Positions 10,201-20,851 of a stretch of 64,000 bases of DNA are shown one piece after another; within the stretch, counting starts at the first letter, position 1; each line of letters opens with the position of its first letter. Location: contig CAWIAD010000002.1 of assembly GCA_963833985.1 (NCBI GenBank), forward strand, positions 1,760,001-1,824,000, read 5' to 3'. Under the pieces are notes generated by a model. It was not told where the DNA came from. It saw nothing but the letters and a program-made list of their open reading frames with translations, and did not search any database. This stretch comes from an uncultured Planctomycetaceae bacterium (GTDB taxonomy: Bacteria; Planctomycetota; Planctomycetia; Isosphaerales; Isosphaeraceae). Both the position numbers and the translations under genes were made by a program.

Positions 10201-11523
10201 TCAAGAGGCGTCTTTCGGATAGTGTGGATTTCGCGGAGACTCGGACCAGAACCGCAGCCGCGAGCCGAGCTCGCGGAGCCGGCTGGTGTCGCTCTCGCGC
10301 CGGTTCTCGGCGGGGTTGCCATGTTGCGTGCGGTACTTGCGAACACGGCGCACCCTGCGCCGGACCTTGCGGGTGACGCGGGCCTGGCGCAGCCGCGTGA
10401 GCCGGCCAACGTGGAGCCGGTGGCCCCGCCACTGGACGCGGGTGTTGACCATGGCGTCAAACCAGAGAGGCAGCAGGAGCACATCCTTGATGGGAGAGAA
10501 AAGCAGCTTTCGAAGTCCCGGAAACCTACCGCTCAGCCAGCGCGTCTGGAACGCATCGCGGGCCATGCCCAGGCCGACGAGACCCGCCAGCCCGCCCCAG
10601 GCAATGCCCGAATCGCCAGAGAACGCCCAGACCAGCCCGACAGTCGCCAGGTTGGCCATCGGCTCGGACAGAAACGTGTACAGCGCCATCTGGCGGCGGA
10701 TCTTGTACCACCGCGAATGCCGGTTCAAGAACCAGTTGAACCCGCGCCGGCAGTTGACGTTATCAATCACGTGATGCGAGAGGCGAATGGAATAGCCGGC
10801 CTTGCGGACCAGGACGCCGATCACCTGGTCTTCCGCCAGCAGGTTGCGCACGCGTGCGAAGCCGCCGATGGCTTCCAGCACCTTCACCGGCATGAGCATC
10901 GACTTGCCGACGACGCAGGTGATCCGCAGCAATGACGCCAGTGCCATGCCCCCGGCGATGTACCCGTTGAGCTGGAGGTTCTCCATGATCGCGCCGGAGC
11001 GGACCTCGCCCACGCCCGCGAACAGGTTCGTCACCAGCCCGACTCCCGGCTCGGCCAGGTACGCGGCGGTCTCACGCAGGTAACAGGGCCGCACCCGGAC
11101 GTTCGAGTCGGAAATCAGAATCACGTCGTGCTTGCGAAACCGGTCCATCGACGCCAGGTTCTCGACCTTGGGGTTCAGCCCGAAGGCCGGCGCACCGACC
11201 ACCAGCCGGGCGTCCTGATCGGGGTACTCGTCCATCAGTCGCTGCACCACGGTAATCGCCGGGTCGTTCGCCTCGGCCACGCCGAAGAGCAACTGGTACT
11301 CCGGGTAGTCGAGGTGGAAGAAGCTCCGAAGGTTCGCTTCCAGCTCCTCGTCGAGCCCCTTGAGCGGCTTGAAGATGGTCACCGGCGGCGTGTAGTCGGG
11401 CAACCCCCGCCCCCGGCCGCGCCGTGTCACCCATCCCAGGGCCGCCATCGCGAGCAGAGTCGATAAAACCGCCACGATGGCCACCAGGCCGAGCAGCAGA
11501 TTCACATTCAGCGAACCGGGCAT
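10201..11523 (-). CDS. Ceramide glucosyltransferase / HpnI-like GT2/GT21 glycosyltransferase
   Basis: KPLKG, NPKVENL, ISDSNV, LAED, RHSRW (QxxRW-like) and N- and C-terminal TM segments. Confidence 0.85.
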   Translation of the reverse strand: MPGSLNVNLLLGLVAIVAVLSTLLAMAALGWVTRRGRGRGLPDYTPPVTIFKPLKGLDEELEANLRSFFHLDYPEYQLLFGVAEANDPAITVVQRLMDEYPDQDARLVVGAPAFGLNPKVENLASMDRFRKHDVILISDSNVRVRPCYLRETAAYLAEPGVGLVTNLFAGVGEVRSGAIMENLQLNGYIAGGMALASLLRITCVVGKSMLMPVKVLEAIGGFARVRNLLAEDQVIGVLVRKAGYSIRLSHHVIDNVNCRRGFNWFLNRHSRWYKIRRQMALYTFLSEPMANLATVGLVWAFSGDSGIAWGGLAGLVGLGMARDAFQTRWLSGRFPGLRKLLFSPIKDVLLLPLWFDAMVNTRVQWRGHRLHVGRLTRLRQARVTRKVRRRVRRVRKYRTQHGNPAENRRESDTSRLRELGSRLRFWSESPRNPHYPKDAS

Positions 11524-11701
11524 CTCAGGATCCTTTCTGGGTGGCTTTGAGTGGCGGGTGCGGTGTGGCGACTGCTGAGCCAGCGCGCCCGATTGAGGGC
11601 ATCGATCGGTCTTGCTGTGGGCTGATGAGCCCTGATAGGCCAGCGGCTGCTGGCCGCCTGCTGGTGGTCACTCGTCACAGTCTGGACAACACCGCTAGCC
11701 A

Positions 11702-12196
11702 CTATTCCCTTCCTGGTTTCATTCTCAGTTCCATCGGACCCTGGCAGCACGGGCACTGCTGAGGGAAACGAACGCTGATGGTGCAGATATTGCAATAGTA
11801 TTCGGGCGTTTGCAGTTTGCCGTCCTGCTCGATCTTGAAGTTCACCACCTGAAGATAGGGCAAGCCCGGATATTTCTTGCCACGCACCTCGGTGGGCCGG
11901 TCACGCAGCCGTTCATCCAGGAACAGGGCCCGGCTCGACTCGTCGCGGAGCAAGGGAGTGATCGTACCCCCTTCCTCCAGTAATACGATGGTTCCGCCCG
12001 TCGGTTCAGCATCCACGCGAATTCCCAGCCGCTTCGCGTTCAGCGCGGCCGCCAGCGTGACGACCCTGCCCCGGAGCACAACATCCTGCTCAGTCGTTCC
12101 GGCTTCCAGGCATGCGGCCAGGCCGCACACCACGCATCCCCAGGCCAGCAAAAGGATAAGGAACGTACGCGAGACGGTTCTCTTGCTCCGGAACAT
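11702..12196 (-). CDS. Exported hypothetical protein with a C-terminal Cys-rich metal-binding motif
   Basis: Signal-like N-terminus; C-terminal YYCNIC...QCPCCQGPMEL. Start uncertain (12265 or 12196). Confidence 0.65.
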   Translation of the reverse strand: MFRSKRTVSRTFLILLLAWGCVVCGLAACLEAGTTEQDVVLRGRVVTLAAALNAKRLGIRVDAEPTGGTIVLLEEGGTITPLLRDESSRALFLDERLRDRPTEVRGKKYPGLPYLQVVNFKIEQDGKLQTPEYYCNICTISVRFPQQCPCCQGPMELRMKPGRE

Positions 12197-12587
12197 GGGA
12201 GGCCAGCGAGTTGGAGTGGTGCGATCGGGATCGGTTCGCCGCCGAATTATATCGATCGCCACCATGGCTTCCTAGCCGGTTTCCGCTGTCCCGAAGTCAT
12301 TTCGTTCCCGGTCCCGGGTCATTGTTGCGATTCTTCATCCTGCTTCGTTCCTGTTTCGCGAAGCCTGACTCGGGCTTGTCCACTTCACGCCCACCCGAGG
12401 TGCAAGCGTGAGTGCCCGCAAGTCGTTGGCAGGACGGGAGAAACCCTCGAATGCACGTCGGGTTGGTATCGGGTGTCATCGTTGTGCTTTACGAACGATC
12501 CGAGGCGGACCCGGCCGACACTGATCGCCGACGGGTGCAGGGAGTGTCCCGACAGCGCGCCCGCCTGATCCGAAAGGACGGCCCGGC

Positions 12588-13691
12588 TCACTGCGCAGCG
12601 GAGACCGAGCCCATGGGGCTACCGCGGATCGTCATCCCTTCGGGCAAGGGCCTGCCGGCGACGCTGAAATTGCGGGCGACGAGCTCCGCGCGGAGGCGGC
12701 GGTAGATATCGAAGCTGTCGGGGTACACCCAGAATGTGATGACGGCGCGGCCGGGGCTCAGCCGGTTGACGGCCCGTGCGTATTCCGAGACCGGGTTCCG
12801 TGTTGCCTGGAACGTCTCACCGCGATTCTGCGCCTCCGGGATGATCTCCCACCCCTTGAGGTCAAAACGGATACTCTGGCGCTGGATCAGCTCCTCGATC
12901 CCCGAATTTGCCCTGCCCAGCACGTAGCTCAGGGAGAACGCCCCGATGGGACCGACCTGGGACTGGATCAGGCCCGAGCGGTCCGACATGCGGATTCGCA
13001 CCTGAGCGTCCGCCTTGGCGAGGTCGAGCAGGCGGTCCAGGTTGATGTAGCAGACGCGGTTGCGGTGCAGCTCGAAGTGGTATTCGTCGCTCGCGGTGGG
13101 CCGTGCCACCGGGCTCTTGGTGAGGACCGTCGTGGCCTTGGGCCGCGGCATGGTCCTCAGGGTGCTGATCTCGGTCCTCAGCTTGTCCAGCTCGCCACGC
13201 AGGAAGCCTCCGCGCGCGGCCACGCGGCTGATCTGTGCCGACGGATCGCGAATCCGGAAGCCCAGCTTGCGGGCCAGGGCCGCGTCGAGCGCAGCCTGGT
13301 TGGCGGCCGCTCGAAGCCGGCTGGCGGCGTCGTCGGCGCGGGCTTCCGCCCGTGCCCGATCGCGGCTGGCCGCATCCAGCTCCGCCTCGGCTCAAGCCAC
13401 CGCGGCCTTGTCGAGACCGGGCGCAACAGCCGGTGGAGACATGGTTTCCGGAACCTGGACCTTGTCGATCGCCGCAACGGCTGGTCGGGGCACGGCCGGT
13501 TGTACCACCACCTGCGGTACGGGTTCCGGCGGCTTCTCCGCCGCCACGTGCGGTTGCGGCAACCGCGTCTCCGGCTCGGTGCGGACCTGCACCCAGAGGC
13601 TCATTCCCACCACGATCGCGAGCACGCCCGCCAGTTGTCCAACAGGACGGAGGCGGCCTGGCCCGGACCAGTTCATACGGTCATTCCCCAT
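12588..13691 (-). CDS. Membrane-anchored coiled-coil protein interrupted by a single in-frame TGA (13392-13394)
   Basis: ORFs 13392..13991 and 12588..13223 are in the same frame and the segment between them is open; ATG 13691 overlaps the upstream stop (TGATG); TM + Pro linker + coiled coil + 'TFWVYPDSFDIYRRLR' domain. Confidence 0.7.
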
Positions 13692-16495
13692 CACCAGGTT
13701 TCCTTCCCCAGCACATGAGGATCCTGGGCGCCTGCCACTTGCAGCGACATCGGCCAGCCCAGGCCCGAGAAGAGGATCTGCTTGCGCACGGCCCAGAAGC
13801 TCTCGCTGCCGCCATTCTCGATGAGGAACTTGACCCGGGGCCGTGGCCGGATCGACGGGTCGGATTCCGCCCGGCGCTGGGCCACGGCGACAAGCTCGTG
13901 CACCATGATGCTCTCCCTCTTGCCGTTTTCCAGCGTTCTGCGCGTGAGCTGGTAGCCGCCGGGATGGATCATCACGCCCCCAGGGCCGCACACCACCACG
14001 ATCTCGAACGGCACGTCGATCGCGTTGCTCGGCCGGTCCGGGATGCGGCTCGGGAACATCGGGTCACCCAGGGCATCCTTGCTCGCGGCCGATGAGGCCG
14101 AGGAGGGTGAGGCGCTATCGGCTCCGAAGACGAGACCGGACGCGCCGCTGGCCGCGGTCGCGGTGCCGCCCAGCATCGAAGCCAGGCTCGAAGCCAATTC
14201 CACCAGGTGGCGGGCTGGCCGCCCGGGGGTTCGCACTCGATGATGACGATGACGATGCCGAGCCGCTGGCAGTGAGTCCGGCCGCCGATCCGGAGCCGGC
14301 CGGAAGGTCGCCGGCAGGCCCGGAAGGTTGCCGCGGAGTTGCGGGGGCCGAACCTGGGCTCGAGCCAGCAGCCAGGCCCGAATCCGGGCTCGAGCCAGCA
14401 GCCAGGCCCGAATCCGGGCTCGAGCCAGCAGCCCGGCCCGAATCAGGGCTTGCCTCGAGCCTGAGGCACTGGCGGCCGCGCCGCTTGCCGTGGCGGCGGA
14501 TTCCTGTCCGCTGAAGCTCCCGTCCGGTCCGGATGCGGGAGGCACGAAGCTTCCTGCCAGCCCGGGGCCGCCGTCCTGTGGATCCGCGGTCGAACCCGCG
14601 TTGTTTCCTCGTCCGGGAACCAGGGACGTGCTGAGAGAGCCAACCGGTGCTCCGGCTACGCCCGAGCCCTCTGGAGGAGGAGGAATCACAGCGCCGGCGG
14701 CCGTATGCTCGCCGGCGGCCCGTCCGCCGCCGGGCCTTCCATCCTTGCCAGGTCCCGCACCACGCGCTCCGGCTGCTGGCCGCCCCGGGAAGGGCCCGGC
14801 CCCGTGGCCGCCGGAACCGGTGGCTTCCGCCAGGGCCGCGAGTGGCGGCGGCGCTCCCGCGGAGGTGTCGACCTCGGTCTCGCCCGATGCGTTGCCGGCT
14901 GGCTCCAGATCCGGCACGAGGGCGACTCCTTGATTGTTCCAGGCTCCCCTGGAACCCGTCCTGGATGCCTCTCCCTTCGGACCTCCCGCCTCGCCATCCC
15001 TGCTGCCCGGTGCTCGACCTGCATTCCCGCCCGCTAGCCCGGCACGGTCCCCCAGCGCGCCCGGCTCTGGCCAGGGTCTGAGCGCGGGATCGGATCGGAG
15101 TCCTGAGGGAGAGCCCGCTGCGCGTCCGGGTGCGGGGATCGATGCGGGGACCGGTGCCGATGCCAGCTCCGATTCCGATTCTGGTCCGGGCTGACCCGCC
15201 AAGGCGTCCTGCCGCCCGCCCGCGCCGGACGCGCTCGAGGACGATGCCGGGCCGGGAACATCCGCCATCCCGCCGGCGGTCGCACGGCGACGAGCTGGAA
15301 GTAGGTTTGAGCCGCCGGCATGGAGGTTCTGGCCGCCGGGCCGCGACGGCCACACGTAGTCGTTCGGCGCGGGACCACCGGCGTCGGGACCCTGTTTGTC
15401 CTTTCCGCTGTTGCCGCCAGATCGGCCGGCGAGCGGGCTTTCCGCCGAGGCGGAACGTACCGGCGACGCCGGTCCCGCGGAGGGCCAGGCCAGGCCGTCG
15501 CTCCCGCCGTTGCCTGCGCCCCGGGCGCCCCGAGCAACGGCTCCTCGATCGGAATGGTTCCGTCCCAGGTGGCCAGATTATCGAAGTCGGGAACATCCAC
15601 CTTGAGCCTCCTGGTCGATGAGCTCGTAGCCGAAGGCGATTCCCAGCGGCTCCAGCCGGGCGCGGATCTCGTAGTACGGGCGGATGCCGTCCGGCCGGAT
15701 GAGGAAGACAAAATAGGGGATGACCGGAGCGCCGTCGGGCGTATCGGAGGTCTGCACCTTGAGCAGCTCTCGCGCGATGGCCAGGATCACCGGGCTGGAA
15801 CGAGGATTGATCATGGTCGAAAGATCGACGAGCGTGAATGTCGGCCCCTTCGGACGCAGGGTCACGGTACCGTTGCTGCACTCCAGGACGATCGGCCGGC
15901 GCCAGGTTCCGTTGCTCCCCTTGTACGGAAGCACCGCGTACGTGCCTTGCCCTTGCTGGCCCCTGGCCACGGCCGCCTTGAGTGCGTCACGTTCCTGGGC
16001 CAGTACGTCGCGCTCCGCGGCCAGCGAGTCGATCTGCTGATCAATCTGTTTGGCGCGCTCGACGAGCGAGCTGACCTGCTGCTTGACGAGCATCTCCCTG
16101 CGCTGCCATCGCTCGGATTCGGCAACCGCCTGGACCCTGGCGCGCTCCAGTTCCTTGGCGCGGCGGTCTGCCTGATGGGCGGCTGCCAGCTCCTGCTCGG
16201 CGGTTGCTTGCAGCTCGGCCAGAGCCTTGCGCGTCGGATCTTCGGGGACCGGAGCCGGCGCTCTGGGCGGAGCCGGCGGCGGACTGGCAGGGGCAGAGAC
16301 CGACGGAACTCCCAAGGTCGGTGCAACGTCCGCGGGAACGCTGCCGGCACTGACCTCGGTAGCGACAAGCGGTACAGGAGCCGCATCGCTTTTTTTCCGG
16401 GTCGCAGCGGCCCGGCGATGAACGGACATTACCAGGTTCAGCGTTCCTCCGAGGCTGGCCAGGAACAGCACCAGGAGCGCACGCTCGATCCACAT
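13691..16495 (-). CDS. Large membrane-anchored coiled-coil protein with a Gly/Ser/Pro-rich linker (several frameshifts)
   Basis: MWIERALLVLFL TM, coiled coil, 'PYFVFLIRPDGIRPYY' domain; after a frameshift near 15605 it continues 'LKVDVPDFDNL' and ends with 'PRVKFLIENGGSESFW...GKETW'. Confidence 0.6.
14357..14450. repeat. Intragenic 30-bp tandem repeat (about 3 copies) encoding SSPDSGLAAG
   Basis: gggctcgagccagcagccaggcccgaatcc repeated with few mismatches. Confidence 0.9.
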
Positions 16496-16730
16496 TGTGC
16501 CTCGGGGCTGCCGCATCAGGCCCGAACTCCCAAGTCCCGCCGTTGATCCATGTCCGCCATTTTCACTCGCCTGGCCAGCTACCGGCATCCCGCGGATGAA
16601 AGCAGAGCGCGAGCCCTGCGCGAGATAACGCTTAGATCGGCAGCGCCGGATGCGGGTCTTGAACCGGAAGGAGGGGATGAGCCGGAAAGTCGAGGATCAG
16701 GGGTCGACCCACGTTACCCATTCGCGAATA

Positions 16731-17948
16731 TCAACCGGAGCGTACGGCATCGAACATGGCGACGACGTTCCGCGGAGGGACGTTGGCCATGATGTTGTGC
16801 ACTTGCTGGAAGACAAAGCCGCCGCCGTGGGCCAGCAACCTTACCTGCTCACGCACATGCTCGCACACTTGATGGGGCGAACCGGAGGGGAGTTCCGTGC
16901 GTGTATCGCAGCCGCCGCCCCAGAATGTCAGGTCCTTGCCGAATTCCCGCTTCAGCTCAGCCGCGTCCATACCCCGGCAGGAAATCTGGACGGGGTTGAT
17001 GGCGTCCAGACCAGCCTCGATCAAGGCAGGCAAGAGAGGTCGCACACCGCCGCAGCAATGGAGCATCACCTTGACGTCGGCAAGCTCCCTGGCCCGCTTC
17101 CAGAGCGCGGCGTGGCGGGGCTGGAAAAATGAGCGATACATCGCGGGCGACATCTGAGGGCCGGTCTGCATGCCCAGGTCGTCGCCGAAGACGATGATAT
17201 CGATGAATGGACCGACTGCGCTCAGGAACCGTTCAAGGTTGGCGAGGTGATGTTCCGTGAGCCGATCCAGGAAGGCGAGCGCCCGGGCCGGCTCGCTGGC
17301 CAGGAGCATCAAGAAATTGTCGTTGCGGTAGAGAAACTGGCCGGTCTCGAGCAGATTGCCGCCAAAGAGGCCGAGGATGGCCCGCCTGGAGTGCTCGCGT
17401 AAACGTCTCGCCCCGGCGGCCAGCTCCGCGGCCGTCGATCCGGGGATTCCCGGAGGTGCCCGCATGGTCGTCCACATGCTTTCGGCCAACGCCTCGACGA
17501 GGTGGTCGGGATCGTCCTGCTCGAGGAACGGCCAGTGGCATTGTTCAAAAAAGAGGGCGCCGTCCGGCATCCGGCCGATGACTCGCCCACTCGCTGAACG
17601 GAACACCCACTCATCGGACCGCCGTTCCGGCAGGGCCCAGGCAGGCATCTGGCAAGGCGTGCCATCGGGCAAGGTCCAGTCGGCCCAGGAGTCGTCATCG
17701 AGCGCGAAGCCGCGGCCGAGTTCGATGGTGTCGACCCCGAAGCGGTCCAGCACATCCTCGTCCACGATCGCGAGCTGCTGGATCGGGTCATAGACGCGAA
17801 TGGTCTTCGGCGGCAGCCCGAGACAATCCCGCAGTCGGGGGTATAGCACGGCGGCCACGCCCGAGGACCGATGGCCAGAGAAGTCGATCGGCACCAGATC
17901 CGGCTCACGGTGGTCGAGGGCGGCCAGCACGCGTTCGCGTGACGTCAT
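16731..17948 (-). CDS. Uroporphyrinogen decarboxylase (URO-D/MtaA) family protein
   Basis: MTSRERVLAALDHREPD, GDDLGMQ, HCCG, LTFWGGGCDT, GGGFVFQQVHNI. Confidence 0.9.
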   Translation of the reverse strand: MTSRERVLAALDHREPDLVPIDFSGHRSSGVAAVLYPRLRDCLGLPPKTIRVYDPIQQLAIVDEDVLDRFGVDTIELGRGFALDDDSWADWTLPDGTPCQMPAWALPERRSDEWVFRSASGRVIGRMPDGALFFEQCHWPFLEQDDPDHLVEALAESMWTTMRAPPGIPGSTAAELAAGARRLREHSRRAILGLFGGNLLETGQFLYRNDNFLMLLASEPARALAFLDRLTEHHLANLERFLSAVGPFIDIIVFGDDLGMQTGPQMSPAMYRSFFQPRHAALWKRARELADVKVMLHCCGGVRPLLPALIEAGLDAINPVQISCRGMDAAELKREFGKDLTFWGGGCDTRTELPSGSPHQVCEHVREQVRLLAHGGGFVFQQVHNIMANVPPRNVVAMFDAVRSG

Positions 17949-18207
17949 GGGCGCTCCTCCTGCTGTTTTCAGCGAACCTCGTCCATCATAAGGGGAATAA
18001 CGCTTGGTCGCAACGGGCCGGACTTGCAGGTGGTTGCACGCGTGTGTTGACGCATGAATTGTTCGGTCTGGCGAGCGCGGTTTCTGCGAATGCCGGCCAG
18101 GCTCGAGCGAATGGACTTGAAAGCAGAAGCAACTTCACAGACGTGGAAATCAGAGATTGGAGAAGATCATGAAGCCCTTGTTTGTCAGCATCCGAGAAGG
18201 TCAGCGC

Positions 18208-18423
18208 ATGATTCACTGGAAGAAGATGATCGCGGTTTCCGTTGCCGTGATCGCCTTGTCCGTGGGCCTCGTGGAAGCGATCTGGTGGCTGGTCTTCGGG
18301 ACTCTGAGCCAGGGCGCCCTGGTACTGACGCTCGTGGTGGGCGTTCTCGTGTTTGTCCGTCTGGTTGCCCGCGCGGTCACTTACCAGGAGCGAGAGCTCG
18401 AGGTGACGGCGGAGCCGATGTGA
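18208..18423 (+). CDS. Small two-TM membrane protein
   Basis: Two hydrophobic segments; GAAGG upstream of ATG 18208. Confidence 0.55.
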   Translation: MIHWKKMIAVSVAVIALSVGLVEAIWWLVFGTLSQGALVLTLVVGVLVFVRLVARAVTYQERELEVTAEPM

Positions 18424-18528
18424 GGCCTACGGGGTTCTCGTCGGCTCCCTCCGTGATGCCGGGCAGGCCGGTCTCGCCTGCCTCGGCTGTGGTAATGGCC
18501 GTGCGCACGCTCGCGCCGGATGCGGGCC

Positions 18529-19086
18529 TCAGCGCTCGGCCTGCTGGTGGGCCTCGACGAACCAGAGCCACTTGTCGATGCCGCGCGAGACTTCGGTGAA
18601 CAGGTCGGCGGTGTCCAGGTCGCCCAGCTCGTTGGCCTCTTCGATCGCCTTCCGCGCGGTCTTGCCGAAGACCGCCAGCACAGTCGACAACGCCTCGACG
18701 TGGCTCTGGCCGTCCGCCGCATGAAGCGGGTATTCCGGCAGCGTGCTGCGCTGGGCGACCTGCCGGGCCGTGCCCAGGGCCACGCCGCCGAGCTGGACAG
18801 CACGCTCGGCCAGTTCGTCCACATATTCGCCCACGTCCCCATGAATCTTGTCAAACAGCTCGTGCAGGCCAATGAAGTTCGGCCCCTTGACGTTCCAGTG
18901 GGCCTGCTTGATCTGGGTCTCGAGGTCCTTGCAGTCGGCCAGCCTGGCGTTCAGCAAGTCGATCATCCTGCCGCGCGTGGATTCGGGTAGATCGTTCTTG
19001 GTTCTGAACACTGCCGCTCTCCTGGTGGCCTTCGGGGATGTGTTGACGACACGAGCAAATTCTACACCGGTGGAGACCGCCGTCAA
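18529..19086 (-). CDS. dps: DNA starvation/stationary phase protection protein Dps
   Basis: KQAHWNVKGPNFIGLHELFD, DELAER, DLDTADLFTEVSRGIDKWLWFVEAH. Confidence 0.95.
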   Translation of the reverse strand: MTAVSTGVEFARVVNTSPKATRRAAVFRTKNDLPESTRGRMIDLLNARLADCKDLETQIKQAHWNVKGPNFIGLHELFDKIHGDVGEYVDELAERAVQLGGVALGTARQVAQRSTLPEYPLHAADGQSHVEALSTVLAVFGKTARKAIEEANELGDLDTADLFTEVSRGIDKWLWFVEAHQQAER

Positions 19087-19358
19087 TGACGGACCATCCC
19101 CCCGACTGCTCGCCTGAGCCGCATCACCTTGTGTTTGATCATATACCGTTCTGGATGTGATGAGCCGTCGCTTGGAGGATCGAGGTTGATTGCCTCTGGC
19201 ATGAGAGTTGCACTTATGTGCCCCGATTAGCCTAGGTAAAGACAGGGGCCGGATATCCCCGTGGGACGCTCGCGCGGGGCTGGTCGGACGAAATGGGGCG
19301 TGGCCGCTCGAGCGTCGCTGGCTTGTACAGATGAACTCACCGGTCCAGAGAGGTCACC

Positions 19359-20033
19359 ATGAACGATCCGATCACGACGGGGACCGCGAAGTCCGCCTCG
19401 CCATCGGCTGCCGCGGCAGTCTCGGGCGCCCTTGCGCCGAATACGAGTGCGGGCCCCATGCGGGCGCAGGGAGAACTCAACCCGGCCGCGCAGGAACAGT
19501 CGCTCGGTGTCGGTACGGAAGGCGAGGTCTCCATCTGGAAGGGCAGATACTCGCTCAAGAACTTCATCCTGCGTACCATCGTGCGTGTGCTGGTGACAGC
19601 CGCCTGGGTGGGACTGCTGGCTTACCTGGGCGACCGCTACCACCGCCCGGGGCGCATGGACTGGGAGATCTTCGTCTGGATCACCGGGACGGCAATCGGG
19701 CTCTACTGGCTGCTGCTCCTCTGGCAGATCGTTCGTGCTCGCTTCGGTCATTTGTACGAACTGACCAACCGTCGCCTCTTTATCAACACGGGCTTCTTCC
19801 AGCGCAGGCGTGACCAGATCGAGTTGCTGCGGGTTCAGGACGTGTATGTCAAGCAGCAGGGGTTGTTGCACCGGATGCTGGGCGTCGGTACGGTCGTCAT
19901 CGAGTCGAGCGAGGAGCGGCTGCCCATCCATTATCTCACGGGTGTGAGCAACCCGGTGCCGCTGATGGACCTGATCTGGCACCATGCCCGCAAGGAGCGC
20001 GACATGCGCAGCGTGAAGGTGGACGAGGTGTAA
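19359..20033 (+). CDS. Membrane protein with a bacterial PH domain (bPH_2-like)
   Basis: Two TM helices then YELTNRRLFINTGFF...IELLRVQDV...RMLGVGTVVI. Confidence 0.85.
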   Translation: MNDPITTGTAKSASPSAAAAVSGALAPNTSAGPMRAQGELNPAAQEQSLGVGTEGEVSIWKGRYSLKNFILRTIVRVLVTAAWVGLLAYLGDRYHRPGRMDWEIFVWITGTAIGLYWLLLLWQIVRARFGHLYELTNRRLFINTGFFQRRRDQIELLRVQDVYVKQQGLLHRMLGVGTVVIESSEERLPIHYLTGVSNPVPLMDLIWHHARKERDMRSVKVDEV

Positions 20034-20172
20034 GGATCACTCCCGCTCTTGAGCGCACTCGCTCTGGCAAGCCGCTGGCTCGGCTTGATCTGAGTGAGAC
20101 CGGTTTTCACCCGGATCGCAGACTGCCCCCCTATCAAAACTCAGAAACTGCCTGCAACCGTTAGAAAACACC

Positions 20173-20691
20173 CTAGACCGAGGGGAATGGCAAGAGGTCT
20201 GGACCGGCGGGGTGGCCGGACGGATGATCCGCCTCCGTCTGGCCGCTGGTTAAGGATTTACCGTGAGGCTCGTCGGTCCGCTCCGCACCCTGGCCCATGA
20301 ACTGGAGCAGGATCTGCCTGGAAGGCGGGTCGTCGCCATCAAGGGCCGCCGGATCGGCGGCCACCAGGTCCGTCCCGTGAGGTGCATCGACGAAGAAAAG
20401 AACGCGGGACCTGTCAGCGTCCACCACGCCGAGGGAAACGGAATCGCCGATCGGCACCACTTGCTGATTCACCAGGGTTAAATGGCAAACTTCCATGCCC
20501 GGCGGATTGGCCCTGGAAAGAGCATCCTGCCGCTCTCGCTGGTCTTTCCGCTCCGCCCCGCGGGTGAGTTGCAGGCTGCGCGGGGCGGTGAGGCGGACGC
20601 GGACGGTGGCCTTCGCCACGGTCAATACCTCAATGCGAATCATGCCATCAATCAGGATGGCTTCATTCTTCTTGCGTGACAGAACCACCAT
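20173..20691 (-). CDS. Divergent CsrA-like protein with two tandem CsrA-like domains
   Basis: MVVLSRKKNEAILIDGMIRIEVLTVAKATVRVRLTAP matches the CsrA pattern; second repeat HLTLVNQQVVPIGDSVSLGVVDADRSRVLFFVDAP. Confidence 0.75.
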   Translation of the reverse strand: MVVLSRKKNEAILIDGMIRIEVLTVAKATVRVRLTAPRSLQLTRGAERKDQRERQDALSRANPPGMEVCHLTLVNQQVVPIGDSVSLGVVDADRSRVLFFVDAPHGTDLVAADPAALDGDDPPSRQILLQFMGQGAERTDEPHGKSLTSGQTEADHPSGHPAGPDLLPFPSV

Positions 20692-20851
20692 GCAGGCCTT
20701 CCGAGTGTGCTTGCCGAGCTCGCCAGGTTGGGCTGGACCTGGGTGGCGCGGCGCCAGGCAAATTCGACCTCGACGTGACTGCGCAAGAGTGCCGACCTTC
20801 GGGACCGGGCACTCTTGCGAATGACCGGCAGGGGCGAGCACTGGTGACCGT

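Noticed and set aside
11615..11645. CTGATGA motif suggesting a hammerhead ribozyme (also on the minus strand near 21432)
   Set aside because: No GAAA core after stem II and no closing stems.
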